From Macrostomum lignano (lineage: Eukaryota): a DNA stretch of 64,000 bases. Positions 35,249-46,571 of the stretch are shown one piece after another; position 1 is the first letter of the stretch, and each line of letters opens with the position of its first letter. The stretch is from the NCBI GenBank assembly GCA_002269645.1, contig NIVC01000462.1, positions 77,468 to 141,467 on the forward strand, read 5' to 3'. The position numbers and the translations under genes were made by a program. Under the pieces are notes generated by a model, which saw only the letters and a list, made by a program, of their open reading frames with translations, was not told the origin of the DNA and ran no database searches.

Positions 35249-37658
35249 TGTAGAAAAAATACTAAACTAAAGACTAGAGAGTTACTTGGAGTTAAATTGA
35301 ACCTAAGATAAGCCAGTAAGTGGGCGCAGGGCCCAAACAAGTATATTTATACCAGACATTAACTTAGGGGGTTTGAATTGCAGATAATAAAGCGAGGGGT
35401 GGAGTGCGCGACTAAATAGAGAGGCGAGAATGGAGAACCAATCAGAAGGCAGCAAGGGAGAGAGAGAGAGAGAGAATAACAAGATTGAGCTAGACAGAGA
35501 GAGAGAGAGAGAAAACAGAGTAAACAGAGACAAGTGAAGGTGAACTAAGAAATGACTAGGAAAGTCGCAACACTCCCCCCAAAAAATGGAACATTTTTTA
35601 ATAAGTGACTACCATTACCAATTGAAATAAATGAGTTAGAATTAAGTCGAATTAAATTGAAAAACACATTCACAATAAATGGTGTATAAAACGACTAAGA
35701 ATTTGAATACAAAAACAGTAGAGTGAATGCAAAATATTAAGACCGAATTTTAAACTTTAGATTTTTAATGAGTAGTTTTTTAACCAATGAGAAGACTGAA
35801 AGGACTGAATAGAGATGAGACTGGATAGACTAGCCCTCCCCCCAAAAAATGTGCAATTTTTAACTGATGACAACTGGTACATGTACAGTACAGAAAAAAT
35901 ATTAAAAATATCGTCAGTTGAGTACGAGACATGAGATGAGATGAGAATCAGGTTGATGAAAAGAACGACTGGAGACGACTGAAGACATTGACAAGAGAGG
36001 AGTGAAACTGAGTGAAGAAAATTTGACAAGAGGCCGGTGAGATTGACTGCCGACACAGACTCCGAAGCCGAGATCGACAGCCGAGTGAGAGAATATGCCG
36101 CCGGCCCAACTCCAAAGCAGAGACCGACAGCCCAAGTAGAGCAACGAATATGCCGCCGGCCCAACTCCGAAGCAGAGACCGACAGCCCAAGTAGAGCAAC
36201 GAATATGCCGCCGGCCCAACTCCGAAGCAGAGACCGACAGCCCAAGTAGAGCTGCGAATATGCCGCCGGCCCAACTCCGAAGCAGAGACCGACAGCCCAA
36301 GTAGAGCTGCGAATATGCCGCCGGCCCAACTCCGAAGCAGAGACCGACAGCCCAAGTAGAGCTGCGAATATGCCGCCGGCCCAACTCCGAAGCAGAGACC
36401 GACAGCCCAAGTAGAGCAACGAATATGCCGCCGGCCCAACTCCGAAGCAGAGACCGACAGCCCAAGTAGAGCAACGAATATGCCGCCGGCCCAACTCCGA
36501 AGCAGAGACCGACAGCCCAAGTAGAGCTGCGAATATGCCGCCGGCCCAACTCCGAAGCAGAGACCGACAGCCCAAGTAGAGCTGCGAATATGCCGCCGGC
36601 CCAACTCCGAAGCAGAGACCGACAGCCCAAGTAGAGCTGCGAATATGCCGCCGGGCCCAACTCCGAAGCAGAGACCGACAGCCCAAGTAGAGCTGCGAAT
36701 ATGCCGCCGGGCCCAACTCCGAAGCAGAGATGCGAGAGATATTAAGCGAAGAGTTGAGAACGTGTTCACGAAGCGACGAAAAGCGAAGAGAGGCCGACAG
36801 ATCAGGCGATTGAGAATCTAGCAGACAAAGCGATGAGGCCGACAGACGAAGCGATGAGCGACGATGACGAGACGACGAGACAATGACGAGACGATGCGTG
36901 ACAAACCAAGTCAGCCAGCCAAGCTGGCACTTAATTAAACTAACTACATCTTCTTAGGTTCTATTTTTGTTCGGGCGCCATGTAGAAAAAATACTAAACT
37001 AAAGACTAGAGAGTTACTTGGAGTTAAATTGAACCTAAGATAAGCCAGTAAGTGGGCGCAGGGCCCAAACAAGTATATTTATACCAGACATTAACTTAGG
37101 GGGTTTGAATTGCAGATAATAAAGCGAGGGGTGGAGTGCGCGACTAAATAGAGAGGCGAGAATGGAGAACCAATCAGAAGGCAGCAAGGGAGAGAGAGAG
37201 AGAGAATAACAAGATTGAGCTAGACAGAGAGAGAGAGAGAGAAAACAGAGTAAACAGAGACAAGTGAAGGTGAACTAAGAAATGACTAGGAAAGTCGCGA
37301 CACTCCCCCCCAAAAAATGGAACACATTGGGCGCCATGTAGAAAAAATACTAAACTAAAGACTAGAGAGTTACTTGGAGTTAAATTGAACCTAAGATAAG
37401 CCAGTAAGTGGGCGCAGGGCCCAAACAAGTATATTTATACCAGACATTAACTTAGGGGGTTTGAATTGCAGATAATAAAGCGAGGGGTGGAGTGCGCGAC
37501 TAAATAGAGAGGCGAGAATGGAGAACCAATCAGAAGGCAGCAAGGGAGAGAGAGAGAGAGAATAACAAGATTGAGCTAGACAGAGAGAGAGAGAGAGAAA
37601 ACAGAGTAAACAGAGACAAGTGAAGGTGAACTAAGAAATGACTAGGAAAGTCGCAACA
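35249..37658 (-). mobile_element. Non-autonomous three-LTR retroelement (tandem TRIM/LARD-like)
   Basis: Three near-identical TG...CA repeats at 35249-35572, 36981-37302 and 37337-37658. 5-bp TSD CAGAG at 35244-35248 and 37659-37663. On the minus strand, a PBS follows the LTRs at 37336 (TGGCGCCCAATGTG) and 36980 (TGGCGCCCGAACA). A PPT (TTTTTTGGGGGGAG-type) precedes the LTRs at 37303 and 35573. No gag/pol ORF is present. Confidence 0.93.
36065..36730. repeat. 55-bp tandem array (~12 copies) inside the LTR element
   Basis: Unit AGAGACCGACAGCCCAAGTAGAGCTGCGAATATGCCGCCGGCCCAACTCCGAAGC recurs at 36121, 36176, 36231 and onward. Confidence 0.95.
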
Positions 37659-39010
37659 CAGAGATGAGTTCAGTGGAGCACAGAGATGAGTTCAGTGGAG
37701 CACAGAGATGAGTTCAGTGGAGCACAGAGATGAGTGCAGTGGAGCACAGATAAACAGTGGAGTACAGAGAGATTAGTACAGTGGAGCACAGAGATGATTA
37801 CAGTGGAGCACAGAGATGAGTTCAGTGGAGCACAGAGATAAGTACAGTGGAACACAGAGATAAGTACAGTGGAACACAGAGATAAGTACAGTGGAACACA
37901 GAGATAAGTACAGTGGAACACAGAGATGAGTTCAGTGGAGCACAAATATGAGTTCAGTGGAGCACAGATAAACAGTGGAGCACAGAGATAAACAGTGGAG
38001 CACAGAGATAAACAGTGGAGCAGAGATGATTACAGTGGAGCACAGAGATGAGTGCAGTGGAGCACAGATAAACAGTGGAGTACAGAGAGATTAGTACAGT
38101 GGAGCACAGAGATGATTGCAGTGGAGCACAGAGATGAGTTCAGTGGAGCACAGAGATGAGTTCAGTGGAGCACAGAGATGAGTTCAGTGGAGCACAGAGA
38201 TGAGTGCAGTGGAGCACAGATAAACAGTGGAGTACAGAGAGATTAGTACAGTGGAGCACAGAGATGATTACAGTGGAGCACAGAGATGATTGCAGTGGAG
38301 CACAGAGATGAGTTCAGTGGAGCACAGAGATGAGTTCAGTGGAGCACAGAGATGAGTTCAGTGGAGCACAGAGATGAGTGCAGTGGAGCACAGATAAACA
38401 GTGGAGTACAGAGAGATTAGTACAGTGGAGCACAGAGATGATTACAGTGGAGCACAGAGATGATTGCAGTGGAGCACAGAGATGAGTTCAGTGGAGCACA
38501 GAGATAAGTACAGTGGAACACAGAGATAAGTACAGTGGAACACAGAGATAAGTACAGTGGAACACAGAGATAAGTACAGTGGAACACAGAGATGAGTTCA
38601 GTGGAGCACAAATATGAGTTCAGTGGAGCACAGATAAACAGTGGAGCACAGAGATAAACAGTGGAGCACAGAGATAAACAGTGGAGCAGAGATGATTACA
38701 GTGGAGCACAGAGATGAGTGCAGTGGAGCACAGATAAACAGTGGAGTACAGAGAGATTAGTACAGTGGAGCACAGAGATGATTGCAGTGGAGCACAGAGA
38801 TGAGTTCAGTGGAGCACAGAGATGAGTTCAGTGGAGCACAGAGATGAGTTCAGTGGAGCACAGAGATGAGTGCAGTGGAGCACAGATAAACAGTGGAGTA
38901 CAGAGAGATTAGTACAGTGGAGCACTGAGATAAACAGTGGAGCACAGAGATGAGTCCCCCACAGTGGAGCACAGAGATGAGTACAGTGGAGCACAGAGAT
39001 GAGCAGTGCA
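37659..39010. repeat. 22-bp satellite, right part
   Basis: The same units resume immediately after the TSD. Confidence 0.98.
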
Positions 39011-40455
39011 GCGAGATTAAGATGATTGAGAAGTGTAAGAACTTTTACCATGTGACATCGGATATGAAATATAAGTTTTTCTGTTTAATAGGACATACTA
39101 TGTTTCTTTATTTTGGCACCCAAGACTTATCTATTAGGCAAAAGTTACTTCAAAGATTAAAAAACATATCTGATTTTGATGCGGCCTCGCTAAAGACATC
39201 CTCTCTGCTGATAAATTAGCTCTATGTTTGATTAGTGCTAACTAACTTAGTGCATCATAAGTATCATTAGCTTAGTTGGCATTAGTTAGTTGATGATCAA
39301 TATTTGGATAAGAGTTTCCAACTCTGATGAATTCAGCTGCTTGATCGAGGTTAGATGAGCGAGTGGAATTTCTTTACGTCTTATTTAAATGTTCCTGCAA
39401 CCCCGATAGGAGTATTGCTTATGATATTATTGATAATAAATGTGATATACCCTGGTCAGGCTCGTTTGAAGAGCAAAACTGCCTCTTGAGCCTTAGCGTT
39501 CGACGTCAGAGCCACAGGCTCAGCAAATTCTGCAAATTAGAAATTGCATTTTATCGCTGGCAACATTCAGATTCGCATTAGTTTTGGATATTCCGCCAGT
39601 TTTATCCTTTGCAAACAAGTTTCTGGCCTTGAGGGCTCTTAACGAATCTAAATAGCTTCCAGAAGGCTCGCGCCACCCAACAGTGGATGCATGAGGTGTG
39701 AAATCAAACAGGATTAATGGACTTGCATTATCTTCTGTTTGCAAAAAAAATTTCTCATTTTCCTGAGTATGCACGGATACGAACTCAGGCAAGCACTTAA
39801 AAGGGGTACCTTCTCATCGTGAAGCATGAAATCCCCAACTTCATGTGGGCTGCGCGGGGACTCGAACCCCAGATATAAATGCAGGCTGCTAAGCTCGTCT
39901 TCCAAGCAAGCAGAGTGCCAGAGGAACTACTGAGTCCAGGATTTTTCTCGTGATGATAGATCACGAGCTGTCTGCACAAAAATAGTGATAGAAAGCACAA
40001 GCGGTTGCCATAGCGACTTTGTAGTGGGCAGGCTGAGACCAGAAAGAAGGGAGGATCTCAGCGATGGGATGCGAGTATAATTTAGGAGACAGAGCACAAA
40101 ATTTGTCTCACTGCCATGAGATAGAAATAAGTGTGCATAGAGACATGATTAGCTGTGTGGTGCCTCGAGATTGACGGCTCAAATTTAGCGCAAAGGCGAG
40201 AGGGCGGTCAGGGGGCGCATGGATCAGTGAGAAGAGGAGTTGAAGAATCCTACTTAACCGCGACTGCATCAAAAATTTCAAAATTTCTGTTTCAATTTAG
40301 CACTGCAACTCTGTACTATTTCAATGTATCAGTTCATGACTTTCACGACAGTGGGCTTCACGTAGTCTCAATGCTCTGCAAAATATCATATGCCAAAAGA
40401 CGTCGAAAACTTTGCCAAACACCAGGCACTGGCTCGTCTCATAGCTCAATGACGT

Positions 40456-42324
40456 TCAGGTGAGCATGAGAATCTCCAGCTGTTTGAAGCTGTAGTACCT
40501 TCCATCAGTGATGTTTGTAGGGGCATTGCGATACCAAAAGATGCCTTTGGCCCGGTCTGCAGCTGACACATTCAGGGCTGTTGGGTAGTTGAAGTACCTG
40601 CCGAACGGACCGGAGTTGTGGCAGCATGCGTGCCAGTGAGGCTGCTCGTATTGCACTGCACAGTTACTAAAACAAACACTCAATCCGCGATCTCGAGTGA
40701 CAAACTGCCTGTTCAATCCTTTAATCAGGCAGTCATCAAGGCCTCCAGCCGGTGCGTAGGTGAAGGCAGAAATCGTGTAGTTGGTGCTCTCGGCCAGAAT
40801 GAGCACGTTCAGGTAGTAGGCATAGATGTAGGCGTCGTTCCAGTACAGCAGGTCGACGCGGAACCGGTTGCTGGGCTGAGCGCTGGTCCGATTGTGCAGC
40901 CACTCCAGGCCTGGCGTTATGAAATTCGCAGGTAATGAAATTGCATGTTGGTTCTCAACAATTGAACTAAATAAACAAGCCAGCGCACAGAGAAAGAAAT
41001 CACTAGAGAGGGCCCCTTTTTAAAATTCCAATAGCAAATAACAAGCGGAACTTTCTGCAACTAGAAGAGACAATATTTCATATATGTGCCAGACCATTGG
41101 GGGTTTGGTTGATTGCCATGGCTCCAATTTATCACTTTTGTCACATCCAATTTGACTCCAACATCGAGTACTAGCATGTAGAATTGAAAGTTCCGCCTCA
41201 CCAGCAAAGTAGTTGCCGTGATAAGTGCCGAAGCCGGTCTTGTACTCGGCCCAGAGCCGGTCGAAGCTCAGCGCGTCCGACACTCGCAGGTTGACGGTCT
41301 CGAAGCACTGCTGAGTGCCCACAGTGTAGAACTCCTGCGTTTGAAGTTTGACGTGCAATGTAAAGAAAAGAGTCTACTGTGGTAGCCCTGATCAAGCACT
41401 GCTTTCCCAACACTCACATAGACGGCCAGCTCAGAGCTGTTTGGAGGCTGCTCGAACCAGCGGCACAGCGGGTAGTCGGTGAGAAGAGAGCAGTTGCTGG
41501 AGTTGAACACAATCCCACGACAGGCCGGCACCTCGCTGCACTTGTCAACGCAGCGAACGAGCGATGAGACAGCCGGCTGGTGCTGAAGAAAGGCGGCGAT
41601 GATCTTCACCGAGTTGCTGGGAATATGGACCCGCTTGTGCGTCACGTTCCGATCCACCAGGTACGCTGTGAAATATGGATTTTGGGGATGGATTTGATGG
41701 GCAATAAGGTGAGAAAAGCTAGCATCAGCGTTGAAACTGGCTGGATTGCATCAACCTTTCCATGCTTATGCTAGAACCCATCGCTTAAACAGACCACAGG
41801 TGTAAGACTAGGTTTTCATCGAAAAACTCACCAAGTAGGCGTGCGGCGTCGGTGCCTCTGAGCAGCTGCTGCTCAAAGTCGCCAGCCTTCCAGATCTGCA
41901 CACCGTACTCAGGCCGAATCTCCCTGGCAACAAAGCTGCTGCTGCTCAAGCCCGGCTCGCTCGCATTGTAGATGACGAGCACCTGGCATTCGAGGATCGC
42001 GTCTTTTTTGACGACTGCGACAGCGCAGGACGTTGCCCAGCACTTCCACAGGCAGAGAACATCTGATCGAACACCCGTCTCGTTGAGCAGCTCGCTGCTC
42101 ACGTAGCTGCCGATGCCGATGAAGCCGCTGGTCACCCGATCGTAGAGACCTCCGGTGAGGGCGCTGGGGTCTGCGGCGGAGACCACAGCTGAAAGGGGTG
42201 TGAGTGAGCAGTGAGTGAGTAGAGTCTCTCCATCAAGGTGGCACCATTTTCATGCAGACTCACCCGTGAGCAGCTGGCACAGAAGCAGCTGCAGCGGCTC
42301 GGACCGCTTGGCTGTCAGCTTCAT
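40456..42324 (-). CDS. Secreted fibrinogen-related protein (signal peptide - PAN/apple-like - PAN/apple-like - fibrinogen C-terminal domain), copy 2, 417 aa
   Basis: Minus-strand exons 42324-42264, 42188-41832, 41665-41418, 41334-41202, 40910-40456 have canonical sites and join in frame (1254 nt). Signal peptide MKLTAKRSEPLQLLLCQLLTAVVSA. Two Cys modules (C-x3-C-x4-C..C; CVDKCSEVPACRGIVFNSSNCSLL). FReD motifs WAEYKTGFG, GLEWLH, FRVDL, FVTRDR, NCA, CHNS, GIFW, YSFKQLEI. Confidence 0.85.
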
Positions 42325-43169
42325 TGCAGGCAGCTGAGTTGCTGGGCAGATTTTACAGTCAGCGATCGGCTCTGCTGATGCGAGATGATCCGCGATGGAG
42401 CTCAGCTCCTGATGGGGCTCCTGAAATATGGGATTCTGCCGCCCCCAGAGCTGATAAATACAAGCTGGTTGCCAAGCGCCTGACAAACCACCCATCGCCG
42501 CTCTTTCTCCACTGTACACGGCTGTTTCGCAGTGCCCAGTTATGGTGCAGCGGCTCGGTAGCCATTGGTTCCTTGATTTGGGGGCGGTGATGGCTGTTTG
42601 GCCTGGGGCTGTCTTCCCATCTCTTCAACAACTGCTGTACGCTCATGTCGAATCTTAGTTGTTTAGATTTTTACCTCTAACCCCTCGGCCTCCCTCCTTC
42701 TTTGGCTCTCTTGTCTCCATTAAATGATTGGCTAGCAACAGCATGGCAACAAGCAGCATTCCGTGAGCGAGAAAAGTGTGGACTAAGGCAGAAAGATACG
42801 ACTGAGAGTTGACGACGCCTCTTGGCGTTTATTAGATCAGCATTCAGGCTGTCTGGCTTGGGGCAGCTTCCTATCTGTTTATCAACTGCTGGGTGCTCAT
42901 GTCGAGTCTTTATGGTTGGGTGGCTTGGTCTTCTCCTGCTCCACCTCTTCGCCTCCCACCTACCCTGTCTCTTTTGCTTCTATTAAACTACCGGCTAGCA
43001 ACAGCTAGCATAGCAACAAGCAGCATTTCCTGGGCGAATGTGCTTAGTTAACAATTGCTTGAAATATTTTCAGCTTAATTTGATGGGCAAAGAATATTAT
43101 TTAGAACTCAATTCCAAAAAAATTTACAAGAAAAAGACGCAAAAGCTTAAAAGTAAATTCAATTGTCAT

Positions 43170-43400
43170 TTAGGGTCAGATGGCACGCCGCATCTCGAGC
43201 GAGCGTTCCAAATGTTAAAGAAGTCAGCCTTCAATCTATTAATTCTCCTTATTGCACGGCAGCTGCGGTGCGAGCTTCTGGAGTCCGCAAATTTGGGCCA
43301 TCCGGGCATTGTAGGACCAAACAGCAGCTTCGCGAATTCACCTGTTGGCCAAGCATGGACGCCTACATTGAAACGTTCGTCAGAGATACTCTGATGTCCG
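43170..43400 (+). mobile_element. Degenerate Gypsy pol remnant (integrase zinc-binding region)
   Basis: LRCELLESANLGHPGIV resembles R..LL...H.GHPGI of the integrase H2C2 region. The match is short and degenerate. Confidence 0.4.
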
Positions 43401-44643
43401 CGACCCTGGGTACCGCGTCCCTTTGTGGTTTGCCCACAATCCTTTATCATGGCTTTTGAATAATGGATAACAAACAATGGATAAGACTTCAACCTACTGG
43501 TAGGGCCCTTCTAAACTTTAACCTTAGTCCAAGGCCGGTTCCGCTGGCAGATCCCAACCGGAGCTCTTGAAACCAATTAGGTGCCCTCGAAAAACCTAAT
43601 GGCCCTGCCGGTGGATCAAAGTTAACCGCTAGCTCTGAACCGAATCGGGCAGCTCGAATGGCTCAAACGCACTGACATCGCCCAAGAACCCCTCTGGAAA
43701 CAAGCTGGCCCAGATTGGCGCCACAGTCCACAGTTCAGCCTCAGAAGTGCAGATTTCAATTCTCTGTAACTCTGCAGCTTTGAACTTCTAAAGTTTCCCT
43801 AAACTGTGTGATCGATAGGGTTGAGGTCTGTGTCAATTTATTAATTATTTAAATAGCGCATTTTTCAACCCCCACCCAGCACAAGGTGGAGGCATGCCTT
43901 CCAAAACGTTTTCCAAAGATTTAGTGATCATGATCAGTGACCAAATTATAAGCAGAGAAACTGACTAACGGTCACCGTTGTTGTATTCATGGTTAAATAA
44001 AAAGTTGCTGAATATGCAGTGCATATATAAATTGTTCTACTGAACAGAAGAAAAAGAAAAAACTATGAGGAAGGTACAGCGTCTCGGGTAGGAAATTAAG
44101 CGCAAATGTATTTTTTAAAGTACATTGACGCATGTCTTAAGGCTGTAGCAGTAGGCATGGCATCTGTGGTATCTGTTTTGAGCAAGTTCGAAATGTAAGC
44201 TTAATTATGGGGTAATAGAACGCATTAAAAACAGAATTCCAATTAATTTTACCCCCCTAAGGGACTTAGCTAGTCAATATGATACTAAACTATTTTTGTA
44301 ATATCCCTTAATTCGTTTATTGCTATCGAATGCTGTAAAATAATGCAAACAAGCGTACTAAAATTTAATTATAAAGAGCTAAAACTCATTTCCACCTGAT
44401 CAACTAAGAAAGCAATTTGTGGATGAAACTGACAGCCTTCGCGAGTGCTGCACTCTAAAAAAGGGAGCACAAGAATTAGCAACAAACAAAATATTGGCAT
44501 GCTGGTGGTACAAATTCAAAGCTGCATACGCAAAGTTAGATATTTTAGTTTAAATTATCAGATAACTTGTTCACAAACAGGTGTCATATTATCAGAATGG
44601 TCTCTGAATAGGCTTTGCTGGTGCCGCATATATTCTAAAGCGT

Positions 44644-44830
44644 TTTAGCCTAGTGTTTAGTGACTCGCGACAGAAAGGTCGGAGGTTCGAAGTTCGAACC
44701 CCTTGAAACAACTTGTGCCCTTAAGCAAGACACTTAACTCTGCACTACTTCAGTTCACCCAGCTGTAAAATGGGTGCCAACATTTGCTGGGGTAATTGAG
44801 GGTGTGGCGACCCCCCCCCCGTCCTTGGAC
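44644..44830 (+). mobile_element. tRNA-headed SINE with a CORE(MIR)-like domain
   Basis: A-box TAGCCTAGTG and B-box GGTTCGAAGTTCGAACCCC are followed by GTGCCCTTAAGCAAGACACTTAACTC...CAGTTCACCCAGCTGTAAAATGGG. This resembles the MIR core GTGACCTTGGGCAAGTTACTTAAC...CAGTTTCCTCATCTGTAAAATGGG as recalled. Confidence 0.7.
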
Positions 44831-45806
44831 TGAACAGCCGTACGCAGCCTTCAGATGTACCGCGCAATGGCTGCGGCTGAGCTTCGGTTGCGACAAATTA
44901 CTATAGACTGGTGCATGCGGTGTTTTTCACTTGACCCGTTATCAAGTACAAATTCCTTGATATGTGATGCGGCATGACGTAGGCACATGTAAGACTCTGA
45001 AGTCAATTATAATTAGCTGCAAACCTTACAACCAGGTTGAGCTTGTCTTGACTCCAAGGAAACCCAACTTGCGTGAACTATAATTGGAATATTGACGATT
45101 GAATTCGTCAAATTGGGTGCGTTAAAAGACTCCATATAAACTCAAAATAAATGCACAAAAAGAGTGAAAGACAATGCAAGCGGTTGCCATAGCGACTATA
45201 TAGAGGGCAGGCTGCGACCAGAAGAACAGAGGATCTCAGCGATGTCATGCGAGTGTATCTCAGAACATCAAATTTGTCTCATTGGCAGCAAAGGCTAAAT
45301 ACAAATGACTTAAGTAGAAGGCAAAGTTCAATTAAGAGCAAAGAGTGCAGCCGATACCAAGCATAAGATAAATAAAACAAAAGATTAACGCCTTGAAATC
45401 TTATTGGCATGCCAAAGAAGAGAAAAACAATTGAATGTAGTCTAATTCATGCAATTTGAAAAGCGATTTATATTTTATCGTAGCTAGAAACATAACTGAT
45501 CAAAGATTTTTATTTGTGCAGTGCTTCCAGACTGACTGCTCAAATTTAGAGCAAAACTCCAGACTACGGTTTAAACACGGAGGCATCCATCGGGCTAAGA
45601 AAGGGGGCGCATGGGTCAGTGAGAAGAGGAGTTGATTGATTCCCACTTAGACGCGATTGCACAAATGATTTAAAAATTCTGTTTAAATGTAGCACTGAAA
45701 CTGTTGGACTCTGTGCTATTCAATGTACCAATTGACACCCTTAACAAGGGCTTTAATCGTACTTGTACAATTGTACTTACTCTCATGGCTCGAGTATAGT
45801 TGACGT

Positions 45807-46571
45807 TCAGGTAAGCATGAGAATCTCCAGCTGCTTGAAGCTGTAGTACCATCCATCGGTGATATTTGTGGGGGCATTGCGTCTCCAAACGATGCCCTTG
45901 GCTCGGCTTCTAGCTGGCACTTTCAGCGCTGTCGGGTAATTGAAGTACCTGCCGAATGGACCTGAGGCATGGCAGCATGCGTGCCAGTGAGGCTGGTACA
46001 TTTCAGCACAGTTCTGTCCACCTTTGCATCTACTCGATCCACGGTCTCGAGTCTGAAACTGGATTTTCCTGCCACCGAACTCACTGCGCGCGGCGTCGAT
46101 GCCACTAAGCAGCTGCTGCTCAAAGTCGCCAGCCCTCCAGATATGCACGCCGTCCTCAAGCCGAATCTCCCTGGCAACAAAGCTGCTGCTGCTCAAGCCC
46201 GGCTCGCTCGCATTGTTGATGACGAGCACCTGGCATTCGAGGATCGCGGCTTTTTTGACGACTGCGACAGCGCAGGACGTTGCCCAGCACTTCCACAGGC
46301 AGAGAACATCTGATCGAACACCCGTCTCGTTGAGCAGCTCGCTGCTCACGTAGCTGCCGATGCCGATGAAGCCGCTGGTCACCCGATGGTAGAAGCCTCC
46401 GGTGACGGCGCTTGGGTCTGCGGCGGAGACCACAGCTGAAAGGGGTGTGAGTGAGCAGTGAGTGAGTAGAGTCTCTCCATCAAGGTAGCACCATTTCCAT
46501 TCAGACTCACCCGTGAGCAGCTGGCACAGAAGCAGCTGCAGCGGATCGGACCGCTTGGCTGTCAGCTTCAT
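45807..46571 (-). CDS. Internally deleted/chimeric fibrinogen-related paralog (copy 3): signal peptide - one PAN-like module - C-terminal half of the FReD; 229 aa if intron 1 is spliced
   Basis: Exon 1 is 46571-46511. Exon 2 starts at 46435 and reads through the former donor GTGAGT (46084-46079) in frame into QFQTRDRG..NCA..HWHACCHASGPFGRY..YSFKQLEILMLT*. Homologs of exons 3, 4 and the first half of exon 5 are absent. Confidence 0.7.
   Translation of the reverse strand: MKLTAKRSDPLQLLLCQLLTGESEWKWCYLDGETLLTHCSLTPLSAVVSAADPSAVTGGFYHRVTSGFIGIGSYVSSELLNETGVRSDVLCLWKCWATSCAVAVVKKAAILECQVLVINNASEPGLSSSSFVAREIRLEDGVHIWRAGDFEQQLLSGIDAARSEFGGRKIQFQTRDRGSSRCKGGQNCAEMYQPHWHACCHASGPFGRYFNYPTALKVPARSRAKGIVWRRNAPTNITDGWYYSFKQLEILMLT

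Noticed and set aside
12275-39010. Regular 19-28 bp repeats superficially resembling CRISPR arrays
   Set aside because: The units are head-to-tail with no unique spacers, there are no cas genes, and the context is eukaryotic and intron-containing.
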